This document shows, piece after piece, positions 27,164 to 38,110 of a stretch of 64,000 nt of DNA. The DNA is from Rotaria socialis (Eukaryota). The notes below the pieces were generated by a model. The model searched no databases. It saw nothing but the letters and a program-made list of their open reading frames with translations, and was not told the origin of the DNA. The stretch's first letter is position 1. Every line of letters starts with the position of its first letter. The stretch spans positions 1 through 64,000 of the forward strand of contig CAJNYD010000390.1 of NCBI GenBank assembly GCA_905331295.1, read 5' to 3'. The translations under genes were made by a program, and so were the position numbers.

Positions 27164-27458
27164 TGTAACGATAAATGCGGAAAGCGTCTAAATTCCACGT
27201 GGGAGTGTAACGCTCCCGTTCGAGTGTGATCTGTGCATGGTATTTGGCCTTATGGTGCCATTTCTTCTCATCACATGTATTGTCTTTATCTTTCTGTCCT
27301 TGATATTTGTTTTTATCTCTCATTCTCGTTCGTTCTCTCAAATGGTTGAGTATTTAAGCGTGTGCTTTATATGTAATCGAGGCGATTTTATGATTTGAAG
27401 AGTGAAATAAAGCGTAATACCATCAGCACAGGTATCTTTTCTATCAGAAATCGTTACA
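27164..27458 (+). mobile_element. Solo LTR (295 bp)
   Basis: Termini TGTAACGAT...ATCGTTACA (perfect 9-bp IR); 5-bp TSD ATTAT at 27159-27163 and 27459-27463; internal TATTTAA and AATAAA in the expected order. Confidence 0.88.
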
Positions 27459-29031
27459 ATTATGAAATAGTTCTTGAAGGTATGAAATGTATCTTTAACA
27501 TACTTTCCCACGAACGGAAGTGTAGAATCATGTATATTCAATATAAGAAAATTAGAAGCGCGAAAAATATGCAAGTATATTTGAAAAATAATGAATCGTT
27601 TATCTGCAAGATAAATAATAAAAAAGACGTGTTAGTTAACTAGAACCAAGGGATCTCGAAAGAATTTTGATTCGTTATCGACGAAGTTCAAGCAAGATAT
27701 CGAAAAGAATTAGAATTGAGTAGTTCCGACTGGCTTATATTGGGCGTCTAGGAGGTTGGTTCGATTCAACAAAGAGGGTTTAACTTACATATATATTAAA
27801 GACGAAAATAAATCCTTTTGGTGAGAGAGGATATTTTCCAATGCCATTGATCATTTCTCTCGCCGATTGAGTATTATTTCACTCCTGCTGTATATATGTA
27901 ATAATTTTGTTTATAAGCTACGAAAGAGTTAAAAAGTAAATTCATGAAATTTATAAATGAAATCATAATTTATGATCTATTCGGTATCAACTTTCACGTG
28001 ACACCTGATAGGGTTTATTGTGATCTTGTCAATTACATTTTTCGTTACTGCAAACTCTCTTTCTTTTTTGCCCAATTTTTAGCTACCTATTCACATATAT
28101 CTTACAGAATTTAAAACATCGAAAAATACCAGTAAATCTAAGAAGGATTATACTGCATCAGCATTCAAATGTCGAATAATCTGTCACCAAAGATGTGGAT
28201 TGTTTCTAAAATATTTGCTGGTCGGAATGAAGCTTTTATAGTCTCATTTAATATTAACTCTCAAAATCAAACCCAAAAGTTTTCATTGAAAGACTATCAC
28301 CAGGTTTAAAGAGAATTGTGATAATTAGTTATAGTATTCAAGTGAAGCTAAAGAGCCAGTGAAATAGTATCAATTTAATCAGTTCAATAAATTCTGTTCA
28401 GCAACAATATGTTGTATCTCTTTTGATTCTTATTAGAGTAAAGTCATCTAGATAATGCAAATTCATATTCAAATATTTATTTGGTGTTACTGATTCATAA
28501 GCCTATAGAATAACGTGACAATACGTCAGTGTCATCAGTTGATGTGGATATTTCAGTATCATAGACGTGTGGTGCAGCGCAGAATTTTTTCTCGTTTTAA
28601 GCACATATAACGGTAAATAGTAGAAAAACTTTATTAGTGCATTATTAAATAAAGTGTGAAAGCAAGTCGTTTGCATAGTTTGTCATAGCTAGTGTTTCTA
28701 TTGGCATTTCTCGAGTTTCAGTTTTTATTTTCTGAAAAACGATTTTGGTGTACTTGATATTGTTATAATTTGAAGAGTATCTTTTGTTTCTTTTTTTAAA
28801 AAGGAGGAAAAGAAAGACAAACAATTGTATTATTTATATGCGTTATTGGATCAAGGTTACTCATAACCATAGGATTCAAGTTTTCCTCATATGTTACGTC
28901 TTTCAACGATCCAATAAGTTTGTTATTAGCGCGATTTTAATATACTGTATTTTGATTGGAAGTATCAATCAAGCTTAAAAACTACAGTTAACAAAAAGAA
29001 ACACGATTCAAAAACATCAATTAGACCATTG

Positions 29032-30456
29032 ATGATCGAAACTCCGAGTAACTCGCATTCTTGGTTTGAATGGATACAACTTATTGCCACTATTTGCGTT
29101 CCTGTAGCCATCGGTATTTTTACCATCATACAAAATCAGTCACAAAGTGAACAGCAACGAAATAATTTGAAAATAGCTGCGGAAAATCGTTTGAAAGATA
29201 TAGAAATCGCAGATTATAATCGGGGAAAAGATCGATGGCTTGCTGATGATCAACAGAAGGAAAATATTCTTGTTGATTATCAAAATTTTCTTGCTAATCT
29301 ACTCGAAAAGCATGGCATGACATTGAATGGAACGTCGACAGCGCGGTTCGTAGCTCGCTTCAGAACATTGATAGCACTTAATCAGTTGAATTCGGCACGG
29401 CGTTCTTTTCTTATTCGTTCATTGTATGAGGCACAGCTGATTTCATTTCGAACTATTCAAACAAATAATACCATGACGGAATTTGAATCCGTTGACACTC
29501 CACGAAGTATTGTTGACTTGTCTTCAGCAAACTTATCCGGTTTGTCTCTAGGTATCAATGAAGATGATAACGATGAGTGTCCTCGTGAATGTATTCCTGG
29601 TGTGAGGATCGACGCGCTTGTACTGTCACAGACTCAATTAAAAAATGCATTCTTTCGAAAACTTTATTTTCAAGGGGCTTTATTCGTGAAATCTATTATG
29701 GATAGTGTTGATTTCAGATGTGCATATCTCAATGGAACTAATGATTATCTTACATTTGCAAATTCATTATTAATTCATGCAAAATTTCATAAAGCATGTG
29801 CGCAAGACGTTTCTTTTCAGTCGGTTAATTTGTACAAAGCTCAGATGCATGGTATGGTATGCAGACATTGTATATTTCGATGTGCCCAAATAAATCATGC
29901 AGATTTACACGATGTTTTCTTCTACCGAGAAGATGTGAACAAAGATAAATTGCATGACGAATATGAAAATATTAATTTTACAGAAACGTCCCTTATCGGT
30001 GCAACATTCGATCATCTTTCTTTACGTGGCACACTTTTCATCGGAACGAATTTGTCTCGCATACGTATTATAAATTGTGTGTTTTCTCGAGATTCTGTTC
30101 AATATGCAGCAGCAACTTTCGAAAAATCTACTCTGATCAATGCCACTATTGAAAATTCATCATTTGATTATGTTCATTTTATTGATAGTAACTTAAGTGG
30201 AGCAAAGATTTTCATGTCGAATTTTACCCATGCATCTATGAAAAATATTGATTTGACAGGTGCAACATTGGAGATGTGTAATTTTAGTAGTACCAATCTT
30301 GCTGGTTGCATCATGACTAATGCGAACATTCATTTGTCTTACTTTGTTGACAGTGATCTGACTGGATGTCAAGGAATAACGGATGTACAACTGGCGCAAG
30401 CTAAAAGTATTGCTGGTGCAATTTTACCGAATGGAAGCAAGATCTCATCAATATAA
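29032..30456 (+). CDS. Pentapeptide-repeat protein with N-terminal TM and coiled coil
   Basis: Intronless ORF; TM WIQLIATICVPVAIGIFTII; many A(N/D)L-type pentapeptides (LSSANLSGL, INHADL, SNLSGA, IDLTGATL, TNLAGC); C-terminal GAILPNGS. Confidence 0.88.
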   Translation: MIETPSNSHSWFEWIQLIATICVPVAIGIFTIIQNQSQSEQQRNNLKIAAENRLKDIEIADYNRGKDRWLADDQQKENILVDYQNFLANLLEKHGMTLNGTSTARFVARFRTLIALNQLNSARRSFLIRSLYEAQLISFRTIQTNNTMTEFESVDTPRSIVDLSSANLSGLSLGINEDDNDECPRECIPGVRIDALVLSQTQLKNAFFRKLYFQGALFVKSIMDSVDFRCAYLNGTNDYLTFANSLLIHAKFHKACAQDVSFQSVNLYKAQMHGMVCRHCIFRCAQINHADLHDVFFYREDVNKDKLHDEYENINFTETSLIGATFDHLSLRGTLFIGTNLSRIRIINCVFSRDSVQYAAATFEKSTLINATIENSSFDYVHFIDSNLSGAKIFMSNFTHASMKNIDLTGATLEMCNFSSTNLAGCIMTNANIHLSYFVDSDLTGCQGITDVQLAQAKSIAGAILPNGSKISSI

Positions 30457-32179
30457 ATTCATGCTATCAATGACAGGCCATTTTACTATTATGGTTTTTT
30501 GCAAAGAAAACTATTGGAATTAGAAATTTCTTGACGGTGTCCACCTGAGACTTCTTTGTCAAACTCATGTTCTCAAATATAGTCTCAACTCCTACCAAGC
30601 AGAAAATACGTGTGTGCATCATTTAAAATAGCTGTAAAAATATTCATTGTATTGAGATCCTGTACTTTTCGAATGAACCAGTAAAACTATGTATAAAATC
30701 TTTCAAAATTCCATAGTTCAACATTTTTTAAACACAGGTTTAGATGCCAATAAATAAAGATGATTTGTACATAGTACTCGTGGCTACGCAGAGCCACGAA
30801 TAATGAATCCAAAATATGTTGAAGAGAAAATGACGAATTTCTTGTTGCCTACCCGATCATTGACTTCTTGACGAACTGTTAGTGTTGGAACTTCGAAGTT
30901 CGAACAATGCATGTGGAAAACTTGAGGGACTTCATAGTTTCATCTTGCATCATCTTTCGACTGTTTTCAGGCAGAGACTTACATTTAAATCATGAATTTT
31001 TATTTATTAAACTATTACCCCTTTAATATTTTGAAAAAATAATTTTTTCTAAATGTTAACTTTCCACAAAAAACTAGGTCTTTAGTATGAATTTTGATCG
31101 AGATCTCAAAGAAACACGTAGGGAAACATTTATTCAGACATCCCCGTTCATGCTAATAAGTAGCGACATCTAAAAGATATTTATCCATTCCATGTATTGG
31201 AGGTGCTCAAAGTATTTCAATGGTTTTCTCGTATATGTAGCTGAAAAGTCTATGTAGATTGCGTGAGAACTGATTTCAACGGTCTTGTGACTGTAAAAAA
31301 AAACTTTTGGTATAAGAAATGCTGTCTCATATGGCAGATTACGTCATGAAACTCTTCTTTCTTTTCGAAGTGCCATTTAATTAGTTATTATAAAATTTGA
31401 TGGAAAACATGTATTAAGAGTAGGACTTAGGTCAACATGACATTAGAACTACAATTTGCTGAAAATGATTGCTACTGCCTAAAATGTTGTACTGTTAGAA
31501 TCATGTTCATAATGTAGAATTGTATCATAAATATGTATGATGAATGATTGAAGATATGATTTCTTTGCACAACTTGAGCATTTCTCATAGAGTTCTTTTC
31601 TTTTTTTTCTATTCTTTCTTGATAAAACTGGATGAAATCATGCGTTCACTATGATATCATATGAACAAATTATAACGTATATATAATTGTTTCTGAAAAC
31701 ATTGTAATATAGGTTTCAATAGACAATTTTTTATAGATAATTCTGTCTTTAAAATTTGAAATAAATGCGAGTCCCTGATCGCTGGACTTGTACTATCTTT
31801 CAATAGAAAAAAAAACTAAACTGGTGTTCAACGTCAAAACTCGTTTTAAAGAGGAACAGGAGCTGACAAACAATAATGATTATTTGGCAAATAGAACAGG
31901 TACTCTACAGAATTGCTATCTTATCATATATGTAGTTAGTGTATAGCGTACTTACATAAAGAACTATTCTTTGAACTGAATCTTTATTAAAAGTAATATT
32001 GTGAGCTATCATATATCTATTCATCGCGAGTAATAACAACAACAAGAATGTGCAGCAGAACTTCAAAGATTCATCATAATCATACTATTGAAATTTTAGT
32101 TTCTTTGAAGCAATTTTCAATTGAATGCAAGCTTATCTTTTAGTTCACTCCGGTATAGTTGAGAACATTCTCCTTTGAA

Positions 32180-33820
32180 ATGCAAATGGTGATAGCACTA
32201 GTACTTATCGGTATTTCCATGTTCAATCTTACAGTGACCAGTTTACAAGCTGATGATTTTTACGTCCATGGCTTGCCTCTTTTACCTACAAAGGCTTCTT
32301 CAATCCGTATGCATGCCGGACAAATACCTATTAGTCCGAAATATGACGCAGCCCTATTTTTCTGGCACTTTGCAAGCAAAAACCTTGCTGACAGATCGAA
32401 AACAGTAATTTGGCTCAATGGAGGTCCTGGTTGTAGTAGTCTGATTGGCGCTTGGTTAGGAATTGGTCCATTTCGCTTTCAGGGCAAAGATACAATAATT
32501 GAAAATGATGGATCTTGGCATATGTCTGCCAATCTTTTGTTTGTTGACCAACCTGTTGGCACTGGCTTTTCTTATACCGTTAATAACTCATTTATTAGTG
32601 ATCTCGATGAAATGGCAAATCAGTTTCTCAGTTTTCTCGATCGATACGTTGACGTTTTCCCAGAATTACTTGACGATGATATTTATTTAGCTGGTGAATC
32701 TTTTGCTGGCCAATATATTCCTTATATTGCAAAAGACATTCTAATAAAGCGATCTATGTTGAAATTACGTGGTCTTTTGATTGGTAATGGTTGGATAGAT
32801 CCTGTGACTCATTATGAATCTTATTTACCTTTTGCAGTCGCAAAAAATTTAGTGAAAGTTAATTCTACTTTCTACAATAATATTGCTAACGATAGCGAAA
32901 AATGTCAGCAGGCGTTATCGAATAAAGTTCTTGTTTTAGAAGAAACATGTTCTTCAATCCTGTATGGAATAGTAGAATGCAGTATGCTTACTCAAAGTGC
33001 AATGAACAAAAAATACAGATGTGTCAATGTCTATGACGTGCGATTATATGATACATGGCCTGCTTGTGGTAGGAATTGGCCACCGGAAATGGAATATATC
33101 ACGCTTTATTTACATCGAAAAGATGTTAGGTCACGTATACATGTTGATCGTAATACATCAGAATGGGAAATGTGTGTGGATTCTGTTACGAGAACACTTG
33201 CTAAAACTGAGTCTGAACCATCCATTAAATTTTTACCTGATTTACTTCAGCAAGTTCCACTCCTACTTTATAGTAGTGAATATGACTTGATTTGCAATCA
33301 CTGGGGAATGGAGAAAATGATGGATAATATTACTTGGAACAATAGAACTGGATTTGACCTTGGAAATGGTACTTTAGCTCCATTAGATCCCTGGTTTGCA
33401 GATGATGATGAACCTGTCGGTCTTATTCGAACGGCGCGTAATTTAAGTTATATTTTATTTTATAAAGCCGGCCATGTGGTCGCATATGATTATCCACGTC
33501 GATCGCTTGCTATGCTAAATCAATTCATGCAACTAAAGTTATATTCTAATGCCTATCAAGCAAGAAAACGAAACACATTCAGAAAGATGATTACGAGCAT
33601 ACGCGGTGCGTACAAGAGCATTTATTTCATCGCATTTGTTTCATTTTTGATCATTATTACTCTTACTGGAATGGCTTGTTTTGTTATACGAAAACAAAGA
33701 CATATTAGAATGCGCGTAGCGTTTATTAAGCCTCGTGTGTTGGAGTCACAAAATCTTGATGTCAGCCTACAGCAAATGGTAGTATATTCTCCCGTCGGGG
33801 AGGCGCAAGAAAATATGTGA
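32180..33820 (+). CDS. KEX1: Serine carboxypeptidase S10, fungal KEX1-like, type I membrane
   Basis: Signal peptide; MHAG, LFFWHF, TVIWLNGGPGCSS, FVDQPVGTGFSY, GESFAG (Ser), YDLICN (Asp), AGHVVAYD (His); C-terminal TM. Intronless. Confidence 0.88.
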   Translation: MQMVIALVLIGISMFNLTVTSLQADDFYVHGLPLLPTKASSIRMHAGQIPISPKYDAALFFWHFASKNLADRSKTVIWLNGGPGCSSLIGAWLGIGPFRFQGKDTIIENDGSWHMSANLLFVDQPVGTGFSYTVNNSFISDLDEMANQFLSFLDRYVDVFPELLDDDIYLAGESFAGQYIPYIAKDILIKRSMLKLRGLLIGNGWIDPVTHYESYLPFAVAKNLVKVNSTFYNNIANDSEKCQQALSNKVLVLEETCSSILYGIVECSMLTQSAMNKKYRCVNVYDVRLYDTWPACGRNWPPEMEYITLYLHRKDVRSRIHVDRNTSEWEMCVDSVTRTLAKTESEPSIKFLPDLLQQVPLLLYSSEYDLICNHWGMEKMMDNITWNNRTGFDLGNGTLAPLDPWFADDDEPVGLIRTARNLSYILFYKAGHVVAYDYPRRSLAMLNQFMQLKLYSNAYQARKRNTFRKMITSIRGAYKSIYFIAFVSFLIIITLTGMACFVIRKQRHIRMRVAFIKPRVLESQNLDVSLQQMVVYSPVGEAQENM

Positions 33821-33973
33821 ACATCAGGTGACAGCAAATTTGTATAGTGCATATTAAATCTTATTAACATTCCTTTTTTTGTAACAATGTACATCTGGTG
33901 TTTCTTATGACTATTGTATTTTTGAAAGCAATCAATAAATATCTAGACCGAGCCTGCTCAACCCATGAGATAC

Positions 33974-34436
33974 CTAGTTCGAATTCGAATATAAATGAAC
34001 ACCCAAGTGCATGATATCAATTCGAAAATAAGTGATAGAAATAGATTTAGTTTTAATTTTATATTTAGTTTAAGATGGAGTGGGTGTGGGTTGAGGGGGA
34101 CTAATGGATAACTGTGGGTGACGGTGCAAGTGAGGGGTGGGTAGGGGGTGTACCCGGAAAGGGTGCGGGTACCTGATGTACTTCAAACGCGGTTGTGGAT
34201 GAAGGATACCCAGAATGGGTGCAGAGGTATCCAGTATACTTCAAATGTGAGTGTGGGTGATGGATACCATGGAGGAGTACTCAAATGTGGGTGTGGGTGC
34301 GGGTGAAGGGTATATGTGTATTCATATGTCGCATATATCGGAAAGCTAAACTAAAACTAAATCTATCTTAGATTTAGTTTTAGTTTAACTTTTTCTTTTC
34401 TTCATTTATATTCGAACTTGAATTAGACAGCTACTC
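33974..34436. mobile_element. Dispersed repeat, copy 2: TGTGGG-rich body, hairpin and subterminal inverted repeats
   Basis: Homologous to 6025-6342; CTAGTTCGAATTCGAATATAAATGAA (33974-33999) is inverted to 34401-34426. Confidence 0.8.
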
Positions 34437-35284
34437 ACGCTGTCACAAGAACAAAGCATCATTTTGATGGTATTAATTTTACTTTGCATGATCTTCGTCA
34501 AATTCTTGGTGATTTTTAAAGTAATATTGAATACATTTTTCAGATTTTTCAATACGCTTTATCGAATTCGGAGATGAGTAATTCTATCTTAGAAAGTCGC
34601 TTTTTTGGATTTTTCAAAGTTAGATAAAAACAATTCATGATTATGAAATAATTTTATTGAAATAGATTTTCAGTGAAAAACATTTATTAGAATTATTTTA
34701 TTTCCTTCGATGTTTTCCAGGTATACAATTGCGCATTGTCGAATAGAATATTGAAATGTTTCTTATCAGGGTTTTCGAATGTAATGATCTTGAAGCGTAT
34801 GCTTGCATTTGGCACATGTTGGATTTCCAAGTCCGAAGGCGCCCATAAAACCTAGGCTGCCAGAGAACAAATTACAGAAGCTTTTTAGGGGCGAGTGGCA
34901 ATCGTTACAACAGATCTATCTGCATATAGAACAGATAATCGGCATAGTCAATTTGAAATTGTATCATTTATGTCTTGAAAAGTTGCGATTCAAATCTAAA
35001 CAAAAATGCATAAGTCAAATGATGATTATCTACTACTTAAACTACTTAAACCAGTGAATCAGTTATTTTTCGAAGGGTTGGTCTGTTTATTGTCGACATT
35101 AATGAGTTATCGAAAGACAGTAAAGCTATAGATAGCTTGTAGCATATATTATCAATTTTTTTAATGGCAGAGCGATTTTTTTGCAGCCTATCACCTCAGT
35201 AACTTCGGAGGGTGTGGGTCTGGGTCTGGATGTGAGTCTGAGTGTAGATATGGGTATGGTTTTTCATGTTGCATTTCTTCATTC

Positions 35285-37723
35285 TTACACACCCACACCC
35301 TTACTACTGATTATAATTAAAACAAGTTTGTTGTTGATTGTATAATATGTTCGGCATGATTGACAAAGTTGATGGGTCTTGTCAATTTTACTACTACATT
35401 CCCAACAAAGAATTCTATGACATTGGTTGCAGTTACTAGTGATTTCTAATGGTTTTATGAAATGAAAATATAGCTGATATTGTGTAGGAGACATTGTCGA
35501 TAAATTATGTAAAGGAGTATATAATCCAAAATTTGATAAATACATTGAGATCATTTGAGAAGTATTAGATGGTAACATATAAGTAATCGGTGGTAATGAA
35601 CCATTATGAATACCAGCAGGTGTCACATTTGTTGCGTTTGTTGAATCTTCTATATTTGTTTCAATAGCATTATAAATATCTGTAGTTGGCCTTACATTTT
35701 GTTTCTGTGTAACGTTCGTTTTGTTCGAATTATTTTTATGTATTGGTAAGTTTAGCTTCAATAGTTTTTTTCTCTTTAATTGTTGTCAATGCAAATTTGT
35801 CAAAGTCTGTTACAATTCTTCCTTTTGCTCCTGAAACCACACGCTTCTTTCCTTTTGTACATATTGTTGACTATTGAGAAAAATATTTCTTTACCATTGC
35901 TTCAATAGCGTCTAATGAACGATTTTTTTCTAAATATAATTGAAATATTTTATACTGGCATTGTTTTCTATTAGGAACATTAGGCTACCTGTTGATTGTG
36001 ACGGAATCAATAAATTGTCATTTGTATTCGATATTGACAAATCAGAATCATTTGAAGAGGTTGAATTAATAATGAGTATCGATTGAATAGGAGTAGTTAT
36101 TATTGATGTTACTATTGAGTCTGTAGCTCTAAGAGCATGATCAAGAGAACTATAGCATCTTGATACTCAATTACTGATTCTCATTGTTGTTTTGTTTTAT
36201 TTGATTCATCATAATCTACAAAATTAGCATTAAAAAGATTTTTTAAATTTTATCTGGGCTTACCGGAAAAAAGAGCTGGATCAGGTGGATATTTTACCAA
36301 TTGATGGTTTCGATTTGAATCCAATCGTGATGGTGATGGTGATGTTGTTGTTATCACTTCATTGTCAAGGTAATTGAATTCGACAGACTTTGAACGAGGT
36401 AAGACGTTTGATGTTGTTGAACGTGAAGATGCTTTAATAAGTTTATCACGTTTAATTGCGCGAGGATCATATGGAAAAATACCTGCTTTTCCTAAAGCAG
36501 ATGAACAATGGGCTCGTATAAGTGCATATTGATATAGTTGAGCATGCAGTCGGATAAAGTTAGGTTTAACTAACTTTTTTGTAGCATCTTTTTGCTATAA
36601 TCCTAAAATAGACTACGTCTTTGTGCCTTCACATACATCAGTATGTAAACACCCAATTACGGTTGGAGGAGATGTGTGACATGAGCAGGAAGACACAATA
36701 GATGCATATCATTGTCTATTGCTAATCGTGCAGTTTTTAATGATAAATGTGACGTATGCCCGTCAAATATCAATAAAAGTGGCCTTGGAATATGTTTCGT
36801 TTGTGGTATACCGTAGTATTTCTTTACTGCTACCAGTATGAATTCTAAATATCAAACGACAAGCTGAGTAATGAAAACAATAATAAAAAGAATGATTATT
36901 AACTCACTTATTTGCATATTTAGTATCTCGACTAACGACGACCTTTTTTCCTGGATCATCTCGAAAACCATTCTCATCACAGTTGAACAATTGTTGAGGC
37001 TTATTAAATAAATCGAGTTTCAATAAAACTGAATGGAGCTTGGCAAACCAACCATCAACGGTACTCAATGTAACATTGGCTCTAACTTTTTCTAATTTCG
37101 TGCTGTTCATTATTTTTAATTTGTCTTTCCACCGCCGTAGAAAACTGTAATACCAATCACGCGTTGGTGCATCATTTTTCAATCGAGACTTTAAATTCAT
37201 TATGTCAACAAATTCAGTTGCATTTTTCAATATATCATCACACGTTGATATTTCACCATAATCTTGTAAAGTAATAATCAAATCAACTAAATTTTTCTCT
37301 TCTGTTTTAGTCAAAGCTGTAGGACGACCAACTTGATGATTTGAATTTCGAGATATTCGAGATACAAACGTGCTTTATCAAAGCGGAACTAATTTAATTT
37401 CAATTATCTAAATGAGAAAAGTTAATTATAATAATGTTGTGTGAAATACATGGATTTATCCAAATTCCCCGTCTTCCTAGTATATCTATCCAGTTAACCC
37501 TGATGGGGTAATGGAAAAACATCAGTTGAGCCAATTGCAAAAACAGATAGGAAATAGACCCTTTTAACTCCAACTAAAAATGTTTTTTTTCACAGGTCGA
37601 TAGAGAATCAGTCACTCTATCTGCATGCTGAATCATGTGAAAAAATATTCAAATAGAAAAAATGATACCAAAAATTAAAAAAAGAATTGAAAACATATAT
37701 CCAATTGCCCCACACTGTTCTAC
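35285..37723 (-). mobile_element. Degenerate pogo/Fot1-like (CENP-B HTH + DDE_1) transposon
   Basis: GRPTALTKTEEKNLV...WYYSFLRRW...LFNCDENGF (36904-37330); RPLLLIFDGHTSHLS...LLCLPAHVTHLSQP (~36660-36790); GKAGIFPYDP (~36460-36495); Cys-rich zinc-finger-like tail (35285-35430); TATCCA(A)TT(G)CCCC motifs at 37457-37710. Confidence 0.85.
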
Positions 37724-38110
37724 TCGAGTTTTGAAGTTTCTCCGAAATCTAAAATTCAATATATCTTTCTTTTCCTTCATTTTTTCTGATCAATACCTAT
37801 CGTTTCGGTGCGACATCTATTGGTGAATATTTTCGCCGCCAGTTAACATCCATACATTACCAATGTTAATTTTTCAGCCATTCTTCCTTTGTTTTCATGA
37901 TTCATTCATATACCTTCTTCGACATGAAGAAAGAATGGTGGCCCTTTTTTTCTTTCTTCGCGAATCGTCCGATCAATTCAGACGAGCATTCAGTACATAA
38001 TTTTAATAAATTTGAATTCATCATGATGTTATCAATCGTGTCGTTTTGTCAAAGCAATAAAATTCCTTACTTTTTTTCTGGTTATTTCTATTCTAGATTA
38101 AGAATTAAAA

